From contig BTWA01000001.1 of assembly GCA_045863295.1 (NCBI GenBank), forward strand, positions 32,001-96,000: 64,000 nucleotides of DNA, read 5' to 3'. Positions 46,637 through 56,930 of the stretch are shown here, in pieces. The notes under the pieces are model-generated. The model had not been told where the DNA came from and did not search any database. It was given only the letters and a program-made list of their open reading frames with translations. Position numbers and translations under genes: made by a program. The stretch comes from Candidatus Hydrogenedentota bacterium (GTDB lineage: Bacteria; Hydrogenedentota; Hydrogenedentia; Hydrogenedentales; SLHB01). The first letter of the stretch is position 1. Each line of letters starts with the position of its first letter.

Positions 46637-47748
46637 GCGCGGCGCACTCCCGAGCCATTATCGATCTCAGCGCCTATGCGCAGAATTTGCGTGCCATCCG
46701 CGACGCTGTCCCCCCGGAAACGGGAATCCTCGCTGTGGTCAAGGCCGACGCATACGGGCTGGGCATGATCCCCATTGCACAGCGCGCCGTGGCCGAAGGC
46801 GTGTCCATGCTTGGCGTGGCACACGTGAGCGAGGGAATTGCGTTGCGGAAGGCCGGCATAACCGCCCCTGTCCTCATAATGGTGCAGCCCTTCGAGGATT
46901 CACTTGCCGCCGCAGTCGAGAACGATTTGCGCATTACCGTGTCCAACGTGCAGATTGCTGAGAAATTGGGCGAGATTGCCCGCGGTATGAACAAGGTGGT
47001 GCCGGTCCATTGCGAGATCGACACCGGGATGGGCCGGCAAGGTTTTCACGTGGATACCGCGGTCGCGGACATGCTTTTCCTGACACGGATTTCTCACATC
47101 GACATCGAAGGCATTTTCACGCACTTTCCTTCCGCGGACGATTCCAAAGAACCGTTCACCGCGCAGCAGTTGCGCCAGTTCCGCAACCTTTTGCGTCAAG
47201 TGGACAAAGAAGGTATCCCGTACGAACTGGCCCATGCGAGCAACAGCGCTGGGATCGTGACCCAGCCCACCGCGGCGTTCGACATGGTGCGGCCGGGCAT
47301 CATGACGTACGGCGTGTGGCCGGCGGACACGCCGCGCACCATGAACATTGCGCCAGTCGTTCGCTGGGAGACGAAGATTGCATTGCTCAAGGATATTCAG
47401 GCGGAAAGCACCGTCGGCTACGGCCGAACGTATACCACAAAAGAGGCGATTCGCACGGCCGTCCTCCCCGTGGGCTATGCCGATGGTTACATGCTGGCGT
47501 TGTCCAACCGCAGCCACGTGCTGATACGAGGCCAGAAATGCCCTGTGCGCGGACGCGTATCCATGAACCATACCGTGGTCGAGGTCGGCCACGTTGGCGG
47601 CGTTTCCGTGGGCGATACCGCTGTTCTGATAGGATCCGATGGCGGCAAGTCGATCGCCGTGGAAGAGTTGGCGCATCAGGCGAACACCATTCCCTACGAA
47701 ATACTCACGGGCATCGGACGTTCCGTCGAGCGCGTCTACCTGGATTGA
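46633..47748 (+). CDS. alr: Alanine racemase
   Basis: AVVKADAYGLG (PLP Lys), IDTGMGRQG, EGIFTHFPSAD, SNSAG, VGYGRTY, PVGYADG, TIPYEILT. Confidence 0.95.
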   Translation: MSAAHSRAIIDLSAYAQNLRAIRDAVPPETGILAVVKADAYGLGMIPIAQRAVAEGVSMLGVAHVSEGIALRKAGITAPVLIMVQPFEDSLAAAVENDLRITVSNVQIAEKLGEIARGMNKVVPVHCEIDTGMGRQGFHVDTAVADMLFLTRISHIDIEGIFTHFPSADDSKEPFTAQQLRQFRNLLRQVDKEGIPYELAHASNSAGIVTQPTAAFDMVRPGIMTYGVWPADTPRTMNIAPVVRWETKIALLKDIQAESTVGYGRTYTTKEAIRTAVLPVGYADGYMLALSNRSHVLIRGQKCPVRGRVSMNHTVVEVGHVGGVSVGDTAVLIGSDGGKSIAVEELAHQANTIPYEILTGIGRSVERVYLD

Positions 47749-47751
47749 CTC

Positions 47752-48273
47752 GTGTCTCTCACCTACATCATCGACGGCTACAATGTCATGCACCGGTGCC
47801 GCGGCCTGCTTTCCACCGCCGATCACAGTATTGAGACGGCCCGCAACGAGCTTGTCGATCGCGTCGTTCGCTATTGCGCCGAATCGATGGATCATGCGGT
47901 AATCGTGTTTGATGGCCGGGGTCCGCTCTCCGAATCGGCGCGGCCGGAGCACTTTGCCAATGTCGAAATTGTTTACTCTCCGAAGCACCTCAACGCGGAC
48001 ACGCTCATTGAACGCCGCATCTATGAAGCCACTGGCCGCACCAACTATGTCGTGGTCAGCGGAGACAAAGGTATTCGCGATCTGTGCCGGGGCATGGGTT
48101 CGCTTGCCCTCACGCCGGACAATTTTCTGACGACATTACGTAACGCCTTTGAGCAGGACCGGCAAGTGCGCCAGTATGCCGCCGATCAAAGCAAGCGCAA
48201 CGAGGTCAGCGATCGGCTCGACGCGGGGTCGCTTCAGAAGCTTATCGAGTTACGAAAGAAACTCGATCGGTAG
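47752..48273 (+). CDS. NYN-domain (YacP/Rae1-like) ribonuclease
   Basis: YIIDGYNV, VIVFDG, VYSPKHLNADTLIE, VVVSGD. Confidence 0.88.
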   Translation: MSLTYIIDGYNVMHRCRGLLSTADHSIETARNELVDRVVRYCAESMDHAVIVFDGRGPLSESARPEHFANVEIVYSPKHLNADTLIERRIYEATGRTNYVVVSGDKGIRDLCRGMGSLALTPDNFLTTLRNAFEQDRQVRQYAADQSKRNEVSDRLDAGSLQKLIELRKKLDR

Positions 48274-48451
48274 GCTATCTTCCTCTCAAACCAGAACGCA
48301 ATTAGGTCACCATCAATACGCACAACTCTGCTTCAGCGCGTTTGGCGTAGGATATATACTGTCTTTCAATTGCGTGCTTTCCATACTATGATTAAGCGTT
48401 CCGCATCCGTACGCAGTAGGTTGTGGCCAATACGAATGGGCGATTTCCGAA

Positions 48452-49876
48452 ATGATTGCGTTGCCGTCCCGCATAACCAACGCAGTACCGGCCAAAGGTG
48501 AATGGCCGCGGATTCTCCTGCTGGCACTTTTGTATTTGGTGTTTGGCCGCATCTGCTTTTCGCTCGGCACGATACATGAAAACATCTCGATGGTCGTGTA
48601 CGTGCCCGAGGGCATCAGCCTGGCGTTTGGAATTCTGTACGGCCCGCGCATGGCGTGGGGGGTGTTGCTGGGCGAGTTCCTGCTGGTGCAATCCTCTGGC
48701 GGCCCGCTTTGGTTCTCGCTTGTCCTTGCGTGCTCCAATGCCGGTGAGAACGCCCTTGGCGCATGGTTGTTGCGGCGCAAAGGGTTGCACAAGGGCGCCA
48801 TTGATGCTACTGGCGTCATTTGGCTCGCGCTGGTATCCGCCCTGCTCATCCAACCCATGAGCGCCACTGGGGGTGTGCTGGCCAAGACGATTCACGAAGG
48901 GCTGGTTTGGTCCGATGCCGGCATCACCTGGGCCTATTGGTGGTTGGCAAACGTGCTTGGTCAAGTGCTGGTCACCCCCTTCATCCTTGCATGGGTTTTT
49001 CCAAGCGATTCCATGTGGTCTGCGCGATCCCCGTGGGAGAAGTGGGGGGCCATCGGGGGCAATGCGCTTGTGCTTTTCACGTCGGTCTATTGGCTTCCGG
49101 AATCCATGCGCAACCCTATCATCATGATCAGCCTTCCGTATCCGACGATGACTTGGGGCATGCTTCGCCTTGGACTTCGCGGCATCACCATCATGAATGC
49201 CATGCTTGTCGGTACGACCGTCCTATCCACCGCGATGGGGACCGGGGTTTTCGTCAACGAGGATCCACTCCCTCAGGACTTCTTCTTCATAAACGTGTTC
49301 ATGGGGTGCGTGGTCATGTCCACAATGATCGTTACAACACTTTTTGTAGAGCGTCACGATCTGGTTGGGGCCCTGCATCGATTGGTGACCATTGATTCCC
49401 TGACCGGCGCCGCCAGTCGCCGGCACTTTTTTGATCGGTTGGGCGAGGAAGTATCGCGAAGCCGGCGGTTCGGTCATCCGCTTTGTGCCATTGTATTCGA
49501 CATTGATCATTTCAAATCCGTGAACGACCGGTACGGCCACGCAACCGGCGATGAAGCGCTCAAATTTGTCGTGCGCGTCGCATTGCGATCATTCCGGAAT
49601 GTCGACCATGTGGGGCGCATCGGCGGAGAGGAATTCGCCGTGCTGATGCCTGAAACGGGGGCTATTTCCGCGTATGAAGCGGCCGAACGGTTTCGCAAAG
49701 CGATTGCAGCCGAACCCATACCGGACGCCAATGGCGGTCAATTCACCATCACGATTTCGGTGGGCGTAGCCCATTTGAAAGAAAGCGACGTGGATCCGGA
49801 GTTGTTGATGCAGCGTGCAGACAATGCCCTGTACGTCTCCAAGAGGAATGGGCGAGACTGTGTGAGCCGGGGATGA
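48452..49876 (+). CDS. MASE1-GGDEF diguanylate cyclase
   Basis: Multi-TM MASE1-like N-terminus, DSLTG, FDIDHFKSVNDRYGHATGD, RNVD (RxxD I-site), GRIGGEEF, ADNALYVSK. Confidence 0.92.
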   Translation: MIALPSRITNAVPAKGEWPRILLLALLYLVFGRICFSLGTIHENISMVVYVPEGISLAFGILYGPRMAWGVLLGEFLLVQSSGGPLWFSLVLACSNAGENALGAWLLRRKGLHKGAIDATGVIWLALVSALLIQPMSATGGVLAKTIHEGLVWSDAGITWAYWWLANVLGQVLVTPFILAWVFPSDSMWSARSPWEKWGAIGGNALVLFTSVYWLPESMRNPIIMISLPYPTMTWGMLRLGLRGITIMNAMLVGTTVLSTAMGTGVFVNEDPLPQDFFFINVFMGCVVMSTMIVTTLFVERHDLVGALHRLVTIDSLTGAASRRHFFDRLGEEVSRSRRFGHPLCAIVFDIDHFKSVNDRYGHATGDEALKFVVRVALRSFRNVDHVGRIGGEEFAVLMPETGAISAYEAAERFRKAIAAEPIPDANGGQFTITISVGVAHLKESDVDPELLMQRADNALYVSKRNGRDCVSRG

Positions 49877-49883
49877 CTTGGGT

Positions 49884-51971
49884 TTACAAGGGTTCAAACC
49901 CTTTCTCTGTCACTTTGTGCCTTTGCATATCGCCGCCTTCGCCGGTGCGGGTTACCAGCGTGATCTCGCCCACGGTCACCGTTGTGGATCCTACGGATAA
50001 AGTCGCCCCGCCAAGGTCGAGCCGGCCTTCCACGCGTACCTTGGATTTGCCGTCTTCCACTTTTTGATATGCTGCCGCGAATACCGCCTGGGTGCCGCGT
50101 TGACGCCGCACGACGACGGGGACAGTCTCCTTCAACTCATATCCGGGTGCGAGTGCGTAGAAGCTTTGCGACCGGTCGAAGAAACGAAACTCGATAACGC
50201 CTTGTCCAGCTTTTACACGAGCTTGTAGCAACGGTTCGCTGAACCGAGTCACCCCCTTCAAGTGATTGTATCCCTGGTTTTCGCCCAAGGCCTCCACTGC
50301 CGCCGACGCAGGCAAATCGACAAATTCGCCCCGCACGTGCAGGGGTAGATCGAACGTGGATTCGTCTTCCGCGGTGCACAGCATGATGTCCAGCACAATG
50401 CCGTCGACTACGGCTACGGTTCGATCAAGGGACACCCCTTTGTATGCCGTGGTGCATGAAGCGCGCGCAATCGCGAACGATCCTTCTTCTGCGAAAGCTT
50501 TCAGCGATCCTCCTGCTCGTTGTTGGCTCGTGCCGTTTACCGCCACTGTATTGTGGGCGATGGTTTGCGCGAACCAGCCGCGATGCATGGGATTTCCGTA
50601 AGGAAGCCTGCCGGGATCGACAAATCGCTCGTCACCGAGGACATACCAAATTACATTCAGTTTTGCCGGGTGTACGTGTCCCGACTTGCCCGGTCCATAG
50701 TCGAGATACAATGCCGACTCTCCATTGGGATCGCGTAGGATGGCCAATCCTTCGGATCGATCGTTCGAGGACCGCGTCAACTGTAGAGGTCGTGGCTCGA
50801 ATTCGGCGGGCATATCCGCGCCCCACAACAACGCCCATGTCGAGTCTCTTGGTTCGAGAAGAGATGCGTATTTTTCATCCGCATACCGCCGGTAGGCCAC
50901 TTCGTAGCAGGCGCGCGCATCTGCAATGGACGAACGGCCACTGTCGTGCAGTGCGGGAAACGTCAAGTCCGGAAAGAGTTGGCGCATGGGAGCGTCGAAC
51001 AGTTTTCGCGCGCGCGGATGTGAGTACACATCCATTCCGGCACGGGCGGCGCCTTCGAATGTGTACAGGAGAGCCCGCAACGCGTACCAATGATACGATG
51101 GCGATTCCTCGTACCACATGCCGCTTGGCAAGACGCTTTTGTCCAGCTGAAAAAGCACCCCGCTGGGTCCATTGAACGCTTCGTCCACCAGTGAGGCGTC
51201 TCCCAGTAGCCAACCGGCCGCAGCAATGCCCGCATTGTGCCACGTCTGCCAATTAGAGATGCCCGCATCGTTCAGGCGAATTGTATCCACCATAGGCCGG
51301 ATCAACGCTCGTTCTATGTTCGAATGATCGTCCGGCGTAAAACACGGCGCGTCATGAACCAGGTCATATCCATACACAAGCCGGCATAGATGCACGGATT
51401 CATCCAACGTCTGCGCGAAGAGGCGGGCCGCACTCTTGGCCTCGGCTTTGCCGTCCCGGTCATGCAGGGGCAAGTTCCGATAGAACTCCGCGTAGTTCAG
51501 TAGAATGGCTTTAGCCGTTTCAGCATGGGAAATGTTGCCGGTCATGGCATAGGCGATGCCCAGATCTTCGAGGCCTCCCAGGTAGTGTGAGTGCCGTTGC
51601 GTTACGTATACGTCGTCGTACGGCCATCCGCTATACATTTCGCCGCAAACGTTGCACCGGTGTTCCGTGGGCGACACGGGCGACAGGGAGCCACCATCTT
51701 TCTTGCAGCTATACCAATGCGTCCATTGGCCTCCTTGGCGAGGCACGTTCAGTGGTTCGCGAGAAAGCGCTTCGGCCCTTTCAATAATTCCATGCAGGAT
51801 TACCTGAGCCCAAGGCTGACTCGCCGCACGCGATTTCGCGGACGCGATTTCTTCCGCGGTGTGAAAGACGCGCGGATATGGACCCTTAGCGACACGGATC
51901 TCCATCGGCGTTTGTGCGATGACAACAGTGATCGGAAGCAAGAACAACAGCGTTACCCGGTATGCGCCCAT
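49884..51971 (-). CDS. Secreted alginate lyase / heparinase II/III-domain polysaccharide lyase (PL17-like)
   Basis: Signal peptide, RLFAQTLDESV, SNWQTWHNA, GMWYEESPSYHWYAL, SGHVHPAKL, DPGRLPYG, QTIAHNTVAVNG. Confidence 0.85.
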   Translation of the reverse strand: MGAYRVTLLFLLPITVVIAQTPMEIRVAKGPYPRVFHTAEEIASAKSRAASQPWAQVILHGIIERAEALSREPLNVPRQGGQWTHWYSCKKDGGSLSPVSPTEHRCNVCGEMYSGWPYDDVYVTQRHSHYLGGLEDLGIAYAMTGNISHAETAKAILLNYAEFYRNLPLHDRDGKAEAKSAARLFAQTLDESVHLCRLVYGYDLVHDAPCFTPDDHSNIERALIRPMVDTIRLNDAGISNWQTWHNAGIAAAGWLLGDASLVDEAFNGPSGVLFQLDKSVLPSGMWYEESPSYHWYALRALLYTFEGAARAGMDVYSHPRARKLFDAPMRQLFPDLTFPALHDSGRSSIADARACYEVAYRRYADEKYASLLEPRDSTWALLWGADMPAEFEPRPLQLTRSSNDRSEGLAILRDPNGESALYLDYGPGKSGHVHPAKLNVIWYVLGDERFVDPGRLPYGNPMHRGWFAQTIAHNTVAVNGTSQQRAGGSLKAFAEEGSFAIARASCTTAYKGVSLDRTVAVVDGIVLDIMLCTAEDESTFDLPLHVRGEFVDLPASAAVEALGENQGYNHLKGVTRFSEPLLQARVKAGQGVIEFRFFDRSQSFYALAPGYELKETVPVVVRRQRGTQAVFAAAYQKVEDGKSKVRVEGRLDLGGATLSVGSTTVTVGEITLVTRTGEGGDMQRHKVTEKGFEPL

Positions 51972-52224
51972 TACAATTACGCCCCTTGTTTTCCCGGGAA
52001 GAAGGGTAACGCACGCGGGCGCCACACACAAGCCTCAGTGCCCCATATACACGGGGAACTCACTGTTTCGACGCATGGATCCCATTTTCGTCGATTGTGA
52101 ACGCTGGTTTCTGGTTAGTCGAAACCCATGGGTCCAGTCAGTGACATTAGGACAATACTTGCAATCACGTCCCAAGCCTCAGTCCGTTGGATTATCCGAC
52201 TGGCTACTCACAGATACGGATCTT

Positions 52225-52429
52225 TAGCCCGGATATTTCACGAATTTGTCCAATTAGCTGTGTAACAACAATTCAACCGGCCTGTTACCAAAACTGGCGC
52301 ACTTACAGTGTGCACGTGAAATATCCTCAGCGTTTCAAGCTTACGGAATTCTGTGTGAGCATTTTGCACCACGGAGACTGTACTTCAGTCTTCCACGCAC
52401 ACTTTTAGCGTGGTGCAAAATGCGGGTTA
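52225..52429. mobile_element. MITE/IS-remnant-like element of about 205 bp with imperfect terminal inverted repeats and an internal perfect inverted repeat
   Basis: Left end TA-GCCCGGATATTTCACGA versus right end (reverse complement) TA-ACCCGCATTTTGCACCA, 12/17 identical. Perfect 15-bp inverted repeat GCATTTTGCACCACG (52359-52373) / CGTGGTGCAAAATGC (52409-52423). Left end is repeated at 17759. Confidence 0.55.
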
Positions 52430-52492
52430 GCGGCAGGTTTGTCAAAAGATCGGCTTGAAAGACACCATTTGGAAAGAGACGAGAGTACAGCG

Positions 52493-53866
52493 TCAGCGAA
52501 TTGCATCTCGAAGTGTGCTGGAATGTAAGTTGACGAATTCCTCGTACACGGCATCCGCGATTTCCGGATCCATATCCAGTATCTTGCGCGGTACATCGAT
52601 GCTCGCGAGGATTTCTTCCTTCGATTGCGGCGACGGGCCAGTGGCACGAGTTAACGCATCCGCGATGCTCACGATGGCCACGGCCTCCTTGGCTTCGACG
52701 GCGAGTTCCGGTTTGTGATGGAAGCGGATTGGCGCTGAGATTTCAGGCGGAAGACTCCAATTTTCGGCCAGCAAATAGCCTGCCTCGTTGTGGCAGAGTC
52801 CGATGACCTGTTCTTCCGCTTCCACGAGGGCCAGTCCGAAAAGGGACTTATCAATCCGCCCGTACATTTCCGCCGCAACTTCGGCAAGTGCCGGCCGGCC
52901 AATGTCGTGCAAGAGCCCTGCCGAGAATACGCCAATCTGGCGTTTGCGGCCGCAGGCCTTGCTTACAATGCGCGTGGCGGCGGCACACCCCATCGAGTCG
53001 AGCCAGAACGAACGATAATTAATAAACTTGGACTTCTCAAACACATTGAGCACGGCCACGCTCAAGACGATTGAGTACGTTTCCCGAAGTCCCAGCAGGG
53101 AAATTGCCAACTGGACGTCATCCACACGTTGCGGGAATCCGTAGAAGGCAGAGTTGGCGACACTCAACACCTTTGCGGCGACGGGCGGGTCCATTACCAC
53201 TATGTCCGCCACATCCCTCACCGAACTGAGGGGATCAAGGGTCGCCGCCTGGACCCGTTGCACGGTTTCCGGGAGGGCCGGCAAATGATCGATTTGTTTT
53301 ACCAGGTTGGCCACGCCGCTCAATTTGAGTGAAGAAGACAATCCCACCATTCCGGCCATGGTCGCCATCGGCGGCAATTGCGAATTTTGTACGTCTGGGT
53401 AATAGCGCTCGATGGCCCGCCGTACGTCGTTTGGCGAGACGAGCATGGGCTTTACGCGGAGCTTGGTGATGGACTCCAACTCATGGATGACCGATGCGTC
53501 CAAAGGACACACCATGCCGACAGTCAACAGCTTGCCCAGCCGGTCTATGGGGAACACCTCGTGGCGGACAACGAAGCTTCGGGGGATCAGCGTAAGTAAT
53601 TCACGGCTGACTTCGTATTCGTTGAGATGAATGCTGGCGATACCTGGCTGGCGTGCGAGAAAATTCACGAAGCCGTCGGGATCGAAGTACCCGAGCTGAA
53701 TCAGGATTTCGACAATTTTCCCGCCTTTGGCCTGTTGCAGTCTCAATCCTTCATCCAGTTGCGCGCGGGAAATCAGACCGGCTTCAATGAGCATTTCGCC
53801 AATTTTGCGCTTGGATGCGTGAGATTCCGGGCTTGGACTATGGGCAGATTTGGGTGGCAACGGCAT
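52493..53866 (-). CDS. MshEN (T2SSE_N) domain fused to an HDOD domain
   Basis: RKIGEMLIEAGLISRAQLDEGLRLQ (MshEN c-di-GMP motif), then LPALPETV, DPPVAAKVLSVANSAFYG, FSAGLLHDIG, HNEAGYLLAENWSLP, IRFHH. Confidence 0.88.
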   Translation of the reverse strand: MPLPPKSAHSPSPESHASKRKIGEMLIEAGLISRAQLDEGLRLQQAKGGKIVEILIQLGYFDPDGFVNFLARQPGIASIHLNEYEVSRELLTLIPRSFVVRHEVFPIDRLGKLLTVGMVCPLDASVIHELESITKLRVKPMLVSPNDVRRAIERYYPDVQNSQLPPMATMAGMVGLSSSLKLSGVANLVKQIDHLPALPETVQRVQAATLDPLSSVRDVADIVVMDPPVAAKVLSVANSAFYGFPQRVDDVQLAISLLGLRETYSIVLSVAVLNVFEKSKFINYRSFWLDSMGCAAATRIVSKACGRKRQIGVFSAGLLHDIGRPALAEVAAEMYGRIDKSLFGLALVEAEEQVIGLCHNEAGYLLAENWSLPPEISAPIRFHHKPELAVEAKEAVAIVSIADALTRATGPSPQSKEEILASIDVPRKILDMDPEIADAVYEEFVNLHSSTLRDAIR

Positions 53867-53973
53867 CTACAAGTTTTCCCACAAGACAGCATCTCCGGCT
53901 GCGAGGCCGGTGTTTGTATGTGTAGTCTAGGGAGAGCAGGCTACACGAATCAAGCCTTCATTGCGCGGTTCCG

Positions 53974-54843
53974 CTATTTTACGAGCCTTACACCGGTATC
54001 CACGCTGTGGACTACACTTGACGGATACGGCAATCCATCTTCTACCAGGCCGCGCGCTTGGGCTTCGCTTCGGCATAGCCCGAACACCGTGGGGCCGCTA
54101 CCGCTCATTGCAGCGGCCAGACACCCGCGATCCAGCAACAGTTGTTTTACTTCCGCAAGTTCCGGATGCATCACAAATGCCGCGGACTCCATGCGGTTGA
54201 ACACGACCTCGGGCATCCGGTCCTCTTTCATCCCGGTGACGACCGATCGGAACCGGGGAGTGCCCACTCGATTTGGCGTTTCTGTATTGCGCGCCAGATC
54301 CGGGCTGCCATAAACTGCGGCCGTGCTGACATGGAACGGCGGGTGTACGAGTACAAACCACGCCTTCGCGATGGGCCGCAACGGGGTCAGTATCTCGCCT
54401 CGTCCCGTGGCGGCCACGGTACCACCGGTAAGGCAGTAGGGCACGTCCGATCCCAAGCCGACTGCAATCTCTCGTAGTTCTTCCAACGACAAGCCGAGCC
54501 CCCAGAGTACATTTAGACCGGCAAGAGCGGCGGCGCAATTTCCGGATCCTCCCGCGAGCCCGGCGGCCACCGGGATATGCTTGTCCAGCGTCATCGTGGC
54601 GCCCTGTTCACAGCCGGTAGCGTGGCGGAGTGCGAGTGCCGCCTTCATTACCAGATTGCTGTTGTCGGTTTCCAGACCTGGCATGGAACATTGCAGAACC
54701 AATTCGCGATCCCCGGGCTCGATTCGCAAGTGATCGCACAGGCTCACTGTCTGGAATATGGTTTCGATATTCGTATAGCCGTCCGGACGGCGATCCAAGA
54801 CGTCCAGATACAGATTTATTTTCGCGAAAGATTGGTATTCCAT
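53974..54843 (-). CDS. ispE: 4-diphosphocytidyl-2-C-methyl-D-erythritol kinase
   Basis: AKINLYLDV, KHIPVAAGLAGGSGNCA, LGSDVP, MSGSGPTVFGL. Confidence 0.97.
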   Translation of the reverse strand: MEYQSFAKINLYLDVLDRRPDGYTNIETIFQTVSLCDHLRIEPGDRELVLQCSMPGLETDNSNLVMKAALALRHATGCEQGATMTLDKHIPVAAGLAGGSGNCAAALAGLNVLWGLGLSLEELREIAVGLGSDVPYCLTGGTVAATGRGEILTPLRPIAKAWFVLVHPPFHVSTAAVYGSPDLARNTETPNRVGTPRFRSVVTGMKEDRMPEVVFNRMESAAFVMHPELAEVKQLLLDRGCLAAAMSGSGPTVFGLCRSEAQARGLVEDGLPYPSSVVHSVDTGVRLVK

Positions 54844-54874
54844 AGGATTTTTGGTAACCCGGTGGCGCCTGGCG

Positions 54875-56341
54875 CTACGGGAGATCCGGTCCCTTCATGA
54901 GTTCATCCTTCAGGGAACCTACACGTTCCGACAAGATCACCCGGTAGATCTGAGGATTCCTGAGTCGCTTGTATTCATCCGGCAATGCGGCAATCTGATC
55001 CATCGCGTGTTTCCGGATTGCCCCAATACTTTCCGCGGGGGCAATCCGGCGGCCCCTTTCCATAACCGGTACCAACAACGGTTCGCAACGCACGGCGTTT
55101 CTCAACTGCACTTCACGGTGGGGCTGATCGTGGTCGCGTCCGGCTACTGGGCCGGATTCCGGCCACGTTTCGCCTTCCGCGAATAAGACATCGCCCAGCG
55201 GCTGATTCCACCGATCGAAATAGCGGACCAGCATTTTTGGCGCCGGATTCGTCGCCTTAGCGGCGTTGGAGGAGATCTTAATGCGGGGTTGCCATGTGCC
55301 GTTTTCCATGATGGCAACCAGCTTGTAGACGCCGTTCAGCGATGGGCAGTCGCTCGCTGTGATGAGATGCGTGCCCACGCCCCAGGCGTTGATCTTCGCG
55401 CCTTGCCGCTTCAAGTCTGCTATAAGGTCTTCTTCGAGGTCGTTGGAGGCGACGATTAGGGGATCGTCGAATCCTGCTTCCCGCATCATACGATAGGCGA
55501 TCTTGCTTAGCTTCGCCAGATCGCCCGAATCCAGGCGGATTGCTGGCCGCACGGGGATACCGGCTTCGCGCATTTCGTTAAATACGGCAATGGCGTTGGG
55601 CACACCACTGTGAATGGTGTCGTAGGTGTCAACCAGTAGTACACACCGCTGAGGGTAGTTTCGCGCGAACGCCCGAAATGCCTCCACCTCGCTTGGAAAA
55701 CTCATTACCCAGCTATGCGCGTGTGTGCCCGCCACGGGAATTCCATACACCTTCCCGGCCAGCACGTTGGACGTGGACGCGCACCCGCCCACGTGTGCCG
55801 CTCGCGATGCGCTTACGCCTCCGTCGGGTCCGTGTGCCCTTCGGAGCCCAAATTCCATTACCGGGTCGCCTTCCGCCGCAAGACACACTCTCGCCGCCTT
55901 CGTGGCGATTAGCGTTTGGTAATTCAGCATGTTCAGGAGCGCGGTTTCAAGCAACTGGGCTTCGAAAATTGGACCCTCAATCTGAACAATTGGTTCATGC
56001 GGAAAAACCAGCGTGCCTTCTGGAATAGCCCGGACGGCACAACGCGGCTCGAATGTACGGAGGTAGGTCAGGAAGGATTCGTCAAAGAGTTTCTGTTCGC
56101 GCAAAAAGGCGATATCGTCGTCGCCAAAGCGGAGGTTTTCGAGGTAGCTGAGGAACGATTCCAGACCGCAGGCGACGCCAAAACCGGCGTGGGTGGGGAG
56201 ACCTCGGAAGAAATATTCAAAGCAAACGAGATTGTTTGCGCGGTCTTCCTTGAGATACCCCGCCATCATTGTCAATTGATAGAAATCGGTCAAGAGCGCC
56301 AATCCTTCGCGCCGGAACCACGCGTCTCTGCCGTCGGTCAT
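54875..56341 (-). CDS. pncB: Nicotinate phosphoribosyltransferase
   Basis: LLTDFYQLTM, MEFGLRRAHG, GTHAHSWV, LLVDTYDT, IRLDSGDL, SNDLEE, GVYKLVA. Confidence 0.96.
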   Translation of the reverse strand: MTDGRDAWFRREGLALLTDFYQLTMMAGYLKEDRANNLVCFEYFFRGLPTHAGFGVACGLESFLSYLENLRFGDDDIAFLREQKLFDESFLTYLRTFEPRCAVRAIPEGTLVFPHEPIVQIEGPIFEAQLLETALLNMLNYQTLIATKAARVCLAAEGDPVMEFGLRRAHGPDGGVSASRAAHVGGCASTSNVLAGKVYGIPVAGTHAHSWVMSFPSEVEAFRAFARNYPQRCVLLVDTYDTIHSGVPNAIAVFNEMREAGIPVRPAIRLDSGDLAKLSKIAYRMMREAGFDDPLIVASNDLEEDLIADLKRQGAKINAWGVGTHLITASDCPSLNGVYKLVAIMENGTWQPRIKISSNAAKATNPAPKMLVRYFDRWNQPLGDVLFAEGETWPESGPVAGRDHDQPHREVQLRNAVRCEPLLVPVMERGRRIAPAESIGAIRKHAMDQIAALPDEYKRLRNPQIYRVILSERVGSLKDELMKGPDLP

Positions 56342-56910
56342 GAAAGATCGCCCGAGTTCACGATAGCCGCACCTGCTTCGCGAATCTCTTGGAGTGCGCG
56401 TTCTCCCTCGCCCTGCGGATCAATCGCCTTGCACAGATCCTCCAGTAGCACGGCCTGAAATCCGCCTTTGATGGCATCGAGCACCGTCGCGCGCACGCAA
56501 TAGTCTGTTGCGATTCCGCAGACAAAGACACGCTTGACGCGCCGGATACGCAACGTCTCCGCCAGGCGCGTACCATCGAAATCGCTGTAATTCTCCTTTT
56601 CTTTTTCGGCTGCCTTGCTCACGATGAGGGCATCTTCGGGGATCCTCAAATCCGGGTGAAATTCCGCGCCAAACGTGCCCTGTACGCAATGGGACGGCCA
56701 ACTGCCATCAATGAACAGAGGGTTGTCGCTGAAGCTGCAATGATCCGGCGGATGCCAATCGCGAGTGTAGAAACATTGGTTGAACCGATGAGCCATTGCG
56801 TTGATGCCTGGGATGATGCAATCGGCGTCCTTAACTGGGAGCGCGCCGCCAGGGCAAAAGTCGTTTTGCATGTCCACTACGATTAATGCGTCGCCTGACT
56901 GGATATCCAT
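56338..56910 (-). CDS. pncA: Nicotinamidase/pyrazinamidase
   Basis: ALIVVDMQNDFCPGGALPV, TRDWHPPDHCSF, WPSHCVQGT, CGIATDYCV. Confidence 0.95.
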   Translation of the reverse strand: MDIQSGDALIVVDMQNDFCPGGALPVKDADCIIPGINAMAHRFNQCFYTRDWHPPDHCSFSDNPLFIDGSWPSHCVQGTFGAEFHPDLRIPEDALIVSKAAEKEKENYSDFDGTRLAETLRIRRVKRVFVCGIATDYCVRATVLDAIKGGFQAVLLEDLCKAIDPQGEGERALQEIREAGAAIVNSGDLS

Positions 56911-56930
56911 GACCGAACTGCCTCCACCGG

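Noticed and set aside
46633..47748. Non-canonical alanine racemase (YGLG and SMNH variants)
   Set aside because: The catalytic Lys and Tyr motifs are intact, so the variation is too slight to claim altered specificity.
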